From the NCBI RefSeq assembly GCF_009914755.1, contig NC_060927.1: a stretch of 64,000 bases of DNA. One strand, written 5' to 3'. The stretch comes from the human T2T-CHM13v2.0 reference genome, Homo sapiens. Both the position numbers and the translations under genes were made by a program. Numbering within the stretch: position 1 is the stretch's first letter; the number at the start of each line of letters is the position of its first letter. Below are positions 40,301-53,509 of the stretch, one piece after another. Below the pieces are notes generated by a model. The model was not told the DNA's origin. It saw only the letters and a list, made by a program, of their open reading frames with translations, and ran no database searches.

Positions 40301-43300
40301 GACAGAATGATTCTCAGAAACTACTTTGTGATGTGTGCCTTCAACTCACAGAGTTTAACCTTTCCTTGATAGAGCAGTTTTGAAAAACTCTTTTTGTAGA
40401 ATCTGCAAGTGTATATTGGGACTTTTCTGAGGCCATCTTTGGAAACGGGATTTCTTCATATAAAACTTGAAAGAAGAATCCTCAGAAAATTATTTGTGAT
40501 ATGTGCATTTAACTCATGGAGTTGAAACTTCCTTTCGATAGAAGAGTTTTGAAATACTCTTTTTGTAGAATTCCCAAGTGGATTTTTACAGCGGTTTGAG
40601 GTCTATGGCAGCAAAAGATATATCTTCACAGAAAAACTAGGCAGATTCATTCTCCGAAGCTGTTTTGTGATGCTTGCATTCAGCTGACAGAGTTTAAACT
40701 TCCTTTGATAGAGCAGTTTGGAAACACTCTTTTTGTGGAATTTGCAAGTGTATATTTAGAGCGTTTTGAGGCCTACAGTAGGAAAGGAAATATCTTCACC
40801 TAAAAACTAGACAGAAGTATTGTCAGAAACTTATTTGTGATATTTGCATTCAACGCACGGAGTTGAACATTCCTCTTGATGGAGCCGTTTTGAAGCACTC
40901 TTTTTGTGGAATCTGCAAGTGGATATTTGGACCTCTTTGTGGCCTTCGTGGGAAACGTGATTTCTTCATTTACAACTAGACAGAAGAATTCTCAGAAACT
41001 TCTTTGTGATGTGTACTTTCAACTCACAGAGTTGAAGCTTCCTTTCAATAGAGCACTTTTGAAACTCAGTTTCTGTAGAATTTCCAGGTGGATATTTAGC
41101 GCCGTTTGAGGCCTATGGTGGAAAAGGCAATATCTTCGTAGAAAAACAAGACAGAATGATTCTCAGAAACAACTTTGTGATGTGTGCGTTCAACTCACGG
41201 AGTTTAACCTTTCTTTTGATAGACCAGTTATGAAACACTCTTTTTGTAGAATCTGCAAGTAAATATTTGGACTTTTTTGAGGCCTTCATTGGAAACGGGA
41301 TCTCTTCATATAAACCTTGACAGAAGAATTCCCAGAAACTTCTCTGTGATGTGTGCATTTAACTCTCAGAGTTCAACCTTCCTTTTGATAGAAGAGGGTT
41401 GAAATATTCTTTTTGTAGAATTTCCAAGTGAATATTTAGAGCGTTTTCAGGCCTATGTAGAAGAGAAAATATCTTCACAGAAAAACTAGACATAACTGTT
41501 CTCTGAAGCTACTTTGTGATGTGAGCATTCAGCTTACAGAGTTTAACTTTCTTTGGATAGAGCGGTTTTAAACACTCTTTTAGTGGAATTTGCAATTCTA
41601 TATTTAGAGTGCTTTCAGGCCTGTGGTACAAAAGGGAATGTCCTCACATAAAATCTAGACAGAAGCATTGTCGGAAACTACTTTGTGATACCTGCCTTCA
41701 ACTCTCAGAGTTGAATATTCCTCTTGATGGAGCAGTTTTGAAAAACTCTTTTTGTTGAATCTCCAAGTGGATATTTGGACCTCTTTGTGGCCTTCGTTTG
41801 AGACGTGACTTCTTCATACAAAAGTAGACAGAAGAATTCTCATCAACTTCTTCGTGATGTGTGCCTTCAACTCGCAGCGTTGAAGCTTCCTTTCGATAGA
41901 GCAGTTCTCTAACTCTCTTTTTGTAGAATTTCCAAGTGGATATTTAGCGCCATTTGAGGCCAATGGTGGAAAAGGCAATATCTTCATACAAAAACTAGAC
42001 AGAATGATTCTCAGAAACTACTTTGTGATGTGTGCCTTCAACTCACAGAGTTTAACCTTTCTTTTGATAGAGCAGTTTTGAAAAACTCTTTTTGTAGAAT
42101 CTGCAAGTGTATATTGGGACTTTTCTGAGGCCATCTTTGGAAACGGGATTTCTTCATATAAAACTTGAAAGAAGAATCCTCAGAAAATTATTTGTGATAT
42201 GTGCATTTAACTCATGGAGTTGAAACTTCCTTTCGATAGAAGAGTTTTGAAATACTCTTTTTGTAGAATTTCCAAGTGGATTTTTACAGCGGTTTGAGGT
42301 CTATGGCAGCAAAAGAAATATCTTCACAGAAAAACTAGGCAGATTCATTCTCCGAAGCTGTTTTCTGATGCTTGCATTCAGCTGACAGAGTTTAATCTTC
42401 CTTTGATAGAGCAGTTTGGAAACACTCTTTTTGTGGAATTTGCAAGTGTGTATTTAGAGCGTTTTGAGGCCTACAGTAGGAAAGGAAATATCTTCACCTA
42501 AAAACTAGACAGAAGTATTGTCAGAAACTTATTTGTGATATTTGCATTCAACTCACGGAGTTGAACATTCCTCTTGATGGAGCCGTTTTGAAGCACTCTT
42601 TTTGTGGAATCTGCAAGTGGATATTTGGACCTCTTTGTGGTCTTCGTGTGAAACGTGATTTCTTCACTTACAACTAGACAGAAGAATTCTCAGAAACTTC
42701 TTTGTGATGTGTACTTTCAACTCACAGAGTTGAAGCTTCCTTTCAATAGAGCACTTTTGAAACTCAGTTTCTGTAGAATTTCCAGGTGGATATTTAGCGC
42801 CGTTTGAGGCCTATGGTGGGAAAGGCAATATCTTCGTAGAAAAACTAGACAGAATGATTCTCAGAAACAACTTTGTGATGTGTGCGTTCAACTCACGGAG
42901 TTTAACCTTTCTTTTGATAGACCAGTTATGAAACACTCCTTTTGTAGAATCTGCAAGTAAATATTTGGACTTTTTTGAGGCCTTCATTGGAAACGGGATT
43001 TCTTCATATAAACCTTGACAGAAGAATTCCTAGAAACTTCTCTGTGATGTGTGCATTTAACTCTCAGAGTTCAACCTTCCTTTTGATAGAAGAGGGTTGA
43101 AATATTCTTTTTGTAGAATTTCCAAGTGAATATTTAGAGCGTTTTCAGGCCTATGTAGAAGAGAAAATATCTTCACAGAAAAACTAGACATAACTGTTCT
43201 CTGAAGCTTCTTTGTGATGTGCGCATTCAGCTTACAGAGTTTAACTTTCTTTGGATAGAGCGGTTTTAAACACTCTTTTTGTGGAATTTGCAATTCTATA

Positions 43301-46300
43301 TTTAGAGTGCTTTCAGGCCTGTGGTACAAAAGGGAATGTCCTCACATAAAATCTAGACAGAAGCATTGTCGGAAACTACTTTGTGATACCTGCCTTCAAC
43401 TCTCAGAGTTGAATATTCCTCTTGATGGAGCAGTTTTGAAAAACTCTTTTTGTTGAATCTCCAAGTGGATATTTGGACCTCTTTGTGGCCTTCGTTTGAG
43501 ACGTGACTGCTTCATACAAAATTAGACAGAAGAATTCTCATAAACTTCTTCGTGATGTGTGCTTTCAACTCGCAGCGTTGAAGCTTCCTTTCGATAGAGC
43601 AGTTTTGTAACTCTCTTTTTGTAGAATTTCCAAGTGGATATTTAGTGCAGTTTGAGGCCAATGGTGGAAAAGGCAATATCTTCATAGAAAAACTAGACAG
43701 AATGATTCTCAGAAACTACTTTGTGATGTGTGCCTTCAACTCACAGAGTTTAACCTTTCTTTTGATGGAGCAGTTTTGAAAAACTCTTTTTGTAGAATCT
43801 GCAAGTGTATATTGGGACTTTTCTGAGGCCATCTTTGGAAACGGGATTTCTTCATATAAAACTTGAAAGAAGAATCCTCAGAAAATTATTTGTGATATGT
43901 GCATTTAACTCATGGAGTTGAAACTTCCTTTCGATAGAAGAGTTTTGAAATACTCTTTTTGTAGAATTTCCAAGTGGATTTTTACAGCGGTTTGAGGTCT
44001 ATGGCAGCATAAGAAATATCTTCACAGAAAAACTAGGCAGATTCATTCTCCGAAGCTGTTTTGTGATGCTTGCATTCAGCTGACAGAGTTTAAACTTCCT
44101 TTGATAGAGCAGTTTTGAAACACTCTTTTTGTGGAATTTGAAAGTGTATATTTAGAGCGTTTTGAGGCCTGCAGTAGGAAAGGAAATATCTTCACCTAAA
44201 AACTAGACAGAAGTATTGTCAGAAACTTATTTGTGATATTTGCATTCAACGCACGGAGTTGAACATTCCTCTTGATATAGCCGTTTTGAAGCACTCTTTT
44301 TGTGGAATCTGCAAGTGGATATTTGGACCTCTTTGTGCCCTTCGTGGGAAACGTGATTTCTTCATTTACAACTAGACAGAAGAATTCTCAGAAACTACTT
44401 TGTGATGTGTACTTTCAACTGACAGTGTTGAAGCTTCCTTTCAATAGAGCACTTTTGAAACTCAGTTTCTGTAGAATTTCCAGGTCGATATTTAGCGCCG
44501 TTTGAGGCCTATGGTGGAAAAGGCAATATCTTCGTAGAAAAACTAGACAGAATGATTCTCAGAAACAACTTTGTGATGTGTGCGTTCAACTCACGGAGTT
44601 TAACCTTTCTTTTGATAGACCAGTTATGAAACACTCTTTTTGTAGAATCTGCAAGTAAATATTTGGACTTTTTTGAGGCCTTCATTGGAAACGGGATCTC
44701 TTCATATAAACCTTGACAGAAGAATTCCCAGAAACTTCTCTGTGATGTGTGCATTTAACTCTCAGAGTTCAACCTTCCTTTTGATAGAAGAGGGTTGAAA
44801 TATTCTTTTTGTAGAATTTCCACGTGAATATTTAGAGCGGTTTCAGGCCCATGTAGTAGAGAAAATATCTTCACAGAAAAACTAGACATAATTGTTCTCT
44901 GAAGCTACTTTGTGATGTGCGCATTCAGCTTACAGAGTTTAACCTTTCTTTGGATAGAGCGGTTTTAAACACTCTTTTTGTGGAATTTGCAATTCTATAT
45001 TTAAAGTGCTTTCAGGCCTGTGGTACAAAAGGGAATGTCCTCACATAAAATCTAGACAGAAGCATTGTCGGAAACTACTTTGTGATACCTGCCTTCAACT
45101 CTCAGGGTTGAATATTCCTCTTGATGGAGCAGTTTTGAAAAACTCTTTTTGTTGAATCTCCAAGTGGATATTTGGACCTCTTTGTGGCCTTCGTTTGAGA
45201 CCTGACTTCTTCATACAAAAGTAGACAGAAGAATTCTCATAAACTTCTTCGTGATGTGTGCTTTCAACTCGCAGCGTTGAAGCTTCCTTTCGATAGAGCA
45301 GTTCTGTAACTCTCTTTTTGTAGGATTTCCAAGTGGATATTTAGCGCCGTTTGAGGCCTATGGTGGAAAAGGCAATATCTTCGTAGAAAAACTAGACAGA
45401 ATGATTCTCAGAAACTACTTTGTGATGTGTGCCTTCAACTCACGGAGTTTAACCTTTCTTTTGATAGAGCAGTTTTGAAAAACTCTTTTTGTAGAATCTG
45501 CAAGTGTATATTGGGACTTTTCTGAGGCCATCTTTGGAAACGGGATTTCTTCATATAAAACTTGAAAGAAGAATCCTCAGAAAATTATTTGTGATATGTG
45601 CATTTAACTCATGGAGTTGAAACTTCCTTTCGATAGAAGAGTTTTGAAATACTCTTTTTGTAGAATTTCCAAGTGGATTTTTACAGCGGTTTGAGGTCTA
45701 TGGCAGCAAAAGAAATATCTTCACAGAAAAACTGGGCAGATTCATTCTCCGAAGCTGTTTTGTGATGCTTGCATTCAGCTGACAGAGTTTAACCTTCCTT
45801 TGATAGAGCATTTTTGAAACACTCTTTTTGTGGAAGTTGCAAGTGTATATTTAGAGCGTTTTGAGGCCTACAGTAGGAAAGGAAATATCTTCACATAAAA
45901 ACTAGACAGAAGTATTGTCAGAAACTTATTTGTGATATTTGCATTCAACGCACGGAGTTGAACATTCCTCTTGATGGAGCCGTTTTGAAGCACTCTTTTT
46001 GTGGAATCTGCAAGTGGATATTTGGACCTTTTTGTGTCCTTCGTGGGAAACGTGATTTCTTCATTTACAACTAGACAGAAGAATTCTCAGTAACTTCTTT
46101 GTGATGTGTACTTTCAACTCACAGAGTTGAAGCTTCCTTTCAATAGAGCACTTTTGAAACTCAGTTTCTGTAGAATTTCCAGGTGGATATTTAGCGCCGT
46201 TTGAGGCCTATGGTGGAAAAGGCAATATCTTCGTAGAAAAACTAGACAGAATGATTCTCAGAAACAACTTTGTGATGTGTGCGTTCAACTCACGGAGTTT

Positions 46301-49300
46301 AATCTTTCTTTTGATAGACCAGTTATGAAACACTCTTTTTGTAGAATCTGCAAGTAAACATTTGGACTTTTTTGAGGCCTTCATTGGAAACGGGATTTCT
46401 TCATATAAACCTTGACAGAAGAATTCCCAGAAACTTCTCTGTGATGTGTGCATTTAACTCTCAGAGTTAAACCTTCCTTTTGATAGAAGAGGGTTGAAAT
46501 ATTCTTTTTGTAGAATTTCCAAGTGAATATTTAGAGCGGTTTCAGGCCTATGTAGAAGAGAAAATATCTTCACAGAAAAACTAGACATAATTGTTCTCTG
46601 AAGCTACTTTGTGATGTGCGCATTCAGCTTACAGAGTTTAACCTTTCTTTGGATAGAGCGGTTTTAAACACTCTTTTTGTGGAATTTGCAATTCTATATT
46701 TAGAGTGCTTTCAGGCCTGTGGTACAAAAGGGAATGTCCTCACATAAAATCTAGACAGAAGCATTGTCGGAAACTACTTTGTGATACCTGCCTTCAACTC
46801 TCAGAGTTGAATATTCCTCTTGATGGAGCAGTTTTGAAAAACTCTTTTTGTTGAATCTCCAAGTGGATATTTGGACCTCTTTGTGGCCTTCGTTTGAGAC
46901 GTGACTTCTTCATACAAAAGTAGACAGAAGAATTCTCATAAACTTCTTCGTGATGTGTGCTTTCAACTCGCAGCGTTGAAGCTTCCTTTCGATAGAGCAG
47001 TTCAGTAACTCTCTTTTTGTAGGATTTCCAAGTGGATATTTAGCGCCGTTTGAGGCCTATGGTGGAAAAGGCAATATCTTCGTAGAAAAACTAGACAGAA
47101 TGATTCTCAGAAACTACTTTGTGATGTGTGCCTTCAACTCACGGAGTTTAACCTTTTTTTTGATAGAGCAGTTTTGAAAAACTCTTTTTGTAGAATCTGC
47201 AAGTGTATATTGGGACTTTTCTGAGGCCATCTTTGGAAACCGGATTTCTTCATATAAAACTTGAAAGAAGAATCCTCAGAAAATTATTTGTGATATGTGC
47301 ATTTAACTCATGGAGTTGAAACTTCCTTTCGATAGAAGAGTTTTGAAATACTCTTTTTGTAGAATTTCCAAGTGGATTTTTACAGCGGTTTGAGGTCTAT
47401 GGCAGCAAAAGAAATATCTTCACAGAAAAATTAGGCAGATTCATTCTCCGAAGCTGTTTTGTGATGCTTGCATTCAGCTGACAGAGTTTAAACTTCCTTT
47501 GATAGAGCATTTTTGAAACACTCTTTTTGTGGAATTTGCAAGTGTATATTTAGAGCGTTTTGAGGCCTACAGTAGGAAAGGAAATATCTTCACCTAAAAA
47601 CTAGACAGAAGTATTGTCAGAAACTTATTTGTGATATTTGCATTCAACGCACGGAGTTGAACATTCCTCTTGATGGAGCCGTTTTGAAGCACTCTTTTTG
47701 TGGAATCTGCAAGTGGATATTTGGACCTCTTTGTGGCCTTCGTGGGAAACGTGATTTCTTCATTTACAACTAGACAGAAGAATTCTCAGTAACTTCTTTG
47801 TGATGTGTACTTTCAACTCACAGAGTTGAAGCCTCCTTTCAATAGAGCACTTTTGAAACTCAGTTTCTGTAGAATTTCCAGGTGGATATTTAGCGCCGTT
47901 TGAGGCCTATGGTGGAAAAGGCAATATCTTCGTAGAAAAACTAGACAGAATGATTCTCAGAAACAACTTTGTGATGTGTGCGTTCAACTCACGGAGTTTA
48001 ACCTTTCTTTTGATAGACCAGTTATGAAACACTCTTTTTGTAGAATCTGCAAGTAAACATTTGGACTTTTTTGAGGCCTTCATTGGAAACGGGATTTCTT
48101 CATATAAACCTTGACAGAAGAATTCCGAGAAACTTCTCTGTGATGTGTGCATTTAACTCTCAGAGTTCAACCTTCCTTTTGATAGAAGAGGGTTGAAATA
48201 TTATTTTTGTAGAATTTCCAAGTGAATATTTAGAGCGGTTTCAGGCCTATGTAGAAGAGAAAATATCTTCACAGAAAAACTAGACATAATTGTTCTCTGA
48301 AGCTACTTTGTGATGTGCGCATTCAGCTTACAAAGTTTAACCTTTCTTTGGATAGAGCGGTTTTAAACACTCTTTTTGTGGAATTTGCAATTCTATATTT
48401 AGAGTGCTTTCAGGCCTGTGGTAGAAAAGGGAATGTCCTCACATAAAATCTAGACAGAAGCATTGTCGGAAACTACTTTGTGATACCTGCCTTCAACTCT
48501 CAGAGTTGAATATTCCTCTTGATGGAGCAGTTTTGAAAAACTCTTTTTGTTGAATCTCCAAGTGGATATTTGGACCTCCTTGTGGCCTTCGTTTGAGACG
48601 TGACTTCTTCATACAAAAGTAGACAGAAGAATTCTCATAAACTTCTTCGTGACGTGTGCTTTCAACTCGCAGCGTTGAAGCTTCCTTTCGATAGAGCAGT
48701 TCTGTAACTCACTTTTTGTAGGATTTCCAAGTGGATATTTAGCGCCGTTTGAGGCCTATGGTGGAAAAGGCAATATCTTCGTAGAAAAACTAGACAGAAT
48801 GATTCTCAGAAACTACTTTGTGATGTGTGCCTTCAACTCACGGAGTTTAAACTTTCTTTTGATAGAGCAGTTTTGAAAAACTCTTTTTGTAGAATCTGCA
48901 AGTGTATATTGGGACTTTTCTGAGGCCATCTTTGGAAACGGGATTTCTTCATATAAAACTTGAAAGAAGAATCCTCAGAAAATTATTTGTGATATGTGCA
49001 TTTAACTCATGGAGTTGAAACTTCCTTTCGATAGAAGAGTTTTGAAATACTCTTTTTGTAGAATTTCCAAGTGGATTTTTACAGCGGTTTGAGGTCTATG
49101 GCAGCAAAAGGAATATCTTCACAGAAAAACTAGGCAGATTCATTCTCCGAAGCTGTTTTTAGATGCTTGCATTCAGCTGACAGAGTTTAAACTTCCTTTG
49201 ATAGAGCAGTTTTCAAACACTCTTTTTGTGGAATTTGCAAGTGTATATTTAGAGCTTTTGAGGCCTACAGTAGGAAAGGAAATATCTTCACCTAAAAACT

Positions 49301-52300
49301 AGACAGAAGTATTGTCAGAAACTTATTTGTGATATTTGCATTCAACGTACAGAGTTGAACATTCCTCTTGATGGAGCCGTTTTGAAGCACTCTTTTTGTG
49401 GAATCTGCAAGTGGATATTTGGACCTCTTTGTGGCCTTCGTGGGAAACGTGATTTCTTCATTTACAACTAGACAGAAGAATTCTCCGAAACTTCTTTGTG
49501 ATGTGTACTTTCAACTCACAGAGTTGAAGCTTCCTTTCAATAGAGCACTTTTGAAACCCAGTTTCTGTAGAATTTCCAGGTGGATATTTAGCGCCGTTTG
49601 AGGTCTATGGTGGAAAAGGCAATGTCTTCGTAGAAAAACTAGACAGAATGATTCTCAGAAACAACTTTGTGATGTGTGCGTTCAACTCACGGAGTTTAAC
49701 CTTTCTTTTGATAGACCAGTTATGAAACACTCTTTTTGTAGAATCTGCAAGTAAATATTTGGACTTTTTTGAGGCCTTCATTGGAAACGGGATCTCTTCA
49801 TATAAACCTTGACAGAAGAATTCCCAGAAACTTCTCTGTGATGTGTGCATTTAACTCTCAGAGTTCAACCTTCCTTTTGATTGAAGAGGGTTGAAATATT
49901 CTTTTTGTAGAATTTCCAAGTGAATATTTAGAGCGGTTTCAGGCCTATGTAGAAGATAAAATATCTTCACAGAAAAACTAGACATAATTGTTCTCTGAAG
50001 CTACTTTGTGATATGCGCATTCAGCTTACAGAGTTTAACCTTTCTTTGGATAGAGCGGTTTTAAACACTCTTTTTGTGGAATTTGCAATTCTATATTTAG
50101 AGTGCTTTCAGGCCTGTGGTACAAAAGGGAATGTCCTCACATAAAATCTAGACAGAAGCATTGTCGGAAACTACTTTGTGATAACTGCCTTCAACTCTCA
50201 GAGTTGAATATTCCTCTTGATGGAGCAGTTTTGAAAAACTCTTTTTGTTGAATCTCCAAGTGGATATTTGGACCTCTTTGTGACCTTCGTTTGAGACGTG
50301 ACTTCTTCATACAAAACTAGAGAGAAGAATTCTCATAAACTTCTTCGTGATGTGTGCTTTCAACTCGCAGCGTTGAAGCTTCCTTTCGATAGAGCAGTTC
50401 TGTAAATCTCTTATTGTAGAATTTCCAAGTGGATATTTAGCGCCGTTTGAGGCCTATGGTGGAAAAGGCAATATCTTCATAGAAAAACTAGACAGAATGA
50501 TTCTCAGAAACTACTTTGTGATGTGTGCCTTCAACTCACAGAGTTTAACCTTTCTTTTGATAGAGCAGTTTTGAAAAACTCTTCTTGTAGAATCTGCAAG
50601 TGTATATTGGGACTTTTCTGAGGCCATCTTTGGAAACGGGATTTCTTCATATAAAACTTGAAAGAAGAATCCTCAGAAAATTATTTGTGATATGTGCATT
50701 TAACTCATGGAGTTGAAACTTCCTTTCGATAGAAGAGTTTTGAAATACTCTTTTTGTAGAATTTCCAAGTGGATTTTTACAGCGGTTTGAGGTCTATGGC
50801 AGCAAAAGGAATATCTTCACAGAAAAACTAGGCAGATTCATTCTCCGAAGCTGTTTTGTGATGCTTGCATTCAGCTGACAGAGTTTAAACTTCTTTTGAT
50901 AGAGCAGTTTTGAAACACTCTTTTTGTGGAATTTGCAAGTGTATATTTAGAGCGTTTTGAGGCCTACAGTAGGAAAGGAAATATCTTCACCTAAAAACTA
51001 GACAGAAGTATTGTCAGAAACTTATTTGTGATATTTGCATTCAACGTACAGAGTTGAACATTCCTCTTGATGGAGCCGTTTTGAAGCACTCTTTTTGTGG
51101 AATCTGCAAGTGGATATTTGGACCTCTTTGTGGCCTTCGTGGGAAACGTGATTTCTTCATTTACAACTAGACAGAAGAATTCTCAGAAACTTCTTTGTGA
51201 TGTGTACTTTCAACTCACAGATTTGAAGCTTCCTTTCAATAGAGCACTTTTGAAACTCAGTTTCTGTAGAATTTCCAGGTGGATATTTAGCGCCGTTTGA
51301 GGCCTATGGTGGAAAAGGCAATATCTTCGTAGAAAAACTAGACAGAATGATTCTCAGAAACAACTTTGTGATGTGTGCGTTCAACTCACGGAGTTTAACC
51401 TTTCTTTTGATAGACCAGTTATGAAACACTCTTTTTGTAGAATCTGCAAGTAAATATTTGGACTTTTTTGAGGCCTTCATTGGAAACGGGATCTCTTCAT
51501 ATAAACCTTGACAGAAGAATTCCCAGAAACTTCTCTGTGATGTGTGCATTTAACTCTCAGAGTTCAACTTTCCCTTTGATAGAAGAGGGTTGAAATATTC
51601 TTTTTGTAGAATTTCCAAGTGAATATTTAGAGCGGTTTCAGGCCTAAGTAGAAGAGAAAATATCTTCACAGAAAAACTAGACATAATTGTTCTCTGAAGC
51701 TACTTTGTGATGTGCTCATTCAGCTTACAGAGTTTAACCTTTCTTTGGATCGAGCGGTTTTAAACACTCTTTTTGTGGAATTTGCAATTCTATATTTAGA
51801 GTGCTTTCAGGCCTGTGGTACAAAAGGGAATGTCCTCACATAAAATCTAGACAGAAGCATTGTCGGAAACTACTTTGTGATACCTGCCTTCAACTCTCAG
51901 AGTTGAATGTTCCTCTTGATGGAGCAGTTTTGAAAAACTCTTTTTGTTGAATCTCCAAGTAGATATTTGGACCTCTTTGTGGCCTTCATTTGAGACGTGA
52001 CTTCTTCATACAAAAGTAGACAGAAGAATTCTCATCAACTTCTTCGTGATGTGTGCTTTCAACTCGCAGCGTTGAAGCTTCCTTTCGATAGAGCAGTTCT
52101 GTAACTCTCTTTTTGTAGAATTTCCAAGTGGATATTTAGCGCCGTTTGAGGCCAATGGTGGAAAAGGCAATATCTTCATAGAAAAACTAGACAGAATGAT
52201 TCTCAGAAACTACTTTGTGATGTGTGCCTTCAACTCACAGAGTTTAACCTTTCTTTTGATAGAGCAGTTTTGAAAAACTCTTTTTGTAGAATCTGCAAGT

Positions 52301-52659
52301 GTATATTGGGACTTTTCTGAGGCCATCTTTGGAAACGGGATTTCTTCAGATAAAACTTGAAAGAAGAATCCTCAGAAAATTATTTGTGATATGTGCATTT
52401 AACTCATGGAGTTGAAACTTCCTTTCGATAGAAGAGTTTTGAAATACTCTTTTTGTAGAATTCCCAAGTGGATTTTTACAGCAGTTTGAGGTCTATGGCA
52501 GCAAAAGAAATATCTTCACAGAAAAACTAGGCAGATTCATTCTCCGAAGCTGTTTTGTGATGTTTGCATTCAGCTGACAGAGTTTAAACTTCCTTTGATA
52601 GAGCAGTTTGGAAACACTCTTTTTGTGGAATTTGCAAGTGTATATTTAGAGCGTTTTGA

Positions 52660-53509
52660 GGCCTACAGTAGGAAAGGAAATATCTTCACCTAAAAACTAG
52701 ACAGAAGTATTGTCAGAAACTTATTTGTGATATTTGCATTCAACGCACGGAGTTGAACATTCCTCTTGATGGAGCCGTTTTGAAGCACTCTTTTTGTGGA
52801 ATCTGCAAGTGGATATTTGGACCTCTTTGTGGCCTTCGTTTGAGACGTGACTTCTTCATACAAAAGTAGACAGAAGAATTCTCATCAACTTCTTCGTGAT
52901 GTGTGCTTTCAACTCGCAGCGTTGAAGCTTCCTTTCGATAGAGCAGTTCTGTAACTCTCTTTTTGTAGAATTTCCAAGTGGATATTTAGCGCCGTTTGAG
53001 GCCAATGGTGGAAAAGGCAATATCTTCATAGAAAAACTAGACAGAATGATTCTCAGAAACTACTTTGTGATGTGTGCCTTCAACTCACAGAGTTTAACCT
53101 TTCTTTTGATAGAGCAGTTTTGAAAAACTCTTTTTGTAGAATCTGCAAGTGTATATTGGGACTTTTCTGAGGCCATCTTTGGAAACGGGATTTCTTCAGA
53201 TAAAACTTGAAAGAAGAATCCTCAGAAAATTATTTGTGATATGTGCATTGAACTCATGGAGTTGAAACTTCCTTTCGATAGAAGAGTTTTGAAATACTCT
53301 TTTTGTAGAATTCCCAAGTGGATTTTTACAGCGGTTTGAGGTCTATGGCAGCAAAAGAAATATCTTCACAGAAAAACTAGGCAGATTCATTCTCCGAAGC
53401 TGTTTTGTGATGTTTGCATTCAGCTGACAGAGTTTAAACTTCCTTTGATAGAGCAGTTTTGAAACACTCTTTTTGTGGAATTTGCAAGTGTATATTTAGA
53501 GCGCTTTGA
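52660..53509 (+). repeat. Structural-variant HOR: 850-bp 5-mer (m1, then m7-m10; m2-m6 absent)
   Basis: Pseudo-ORF spacing jumps to 2549 (51304 to 53853), which is 1699+850. At 52781-52870 the m1-specific tgaagcactctttttgtggaatctgcaag runs directly into the m7-specific ttcgtttgagacgtgacttcttcatacaaaagtag. Confidence 0.96.
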
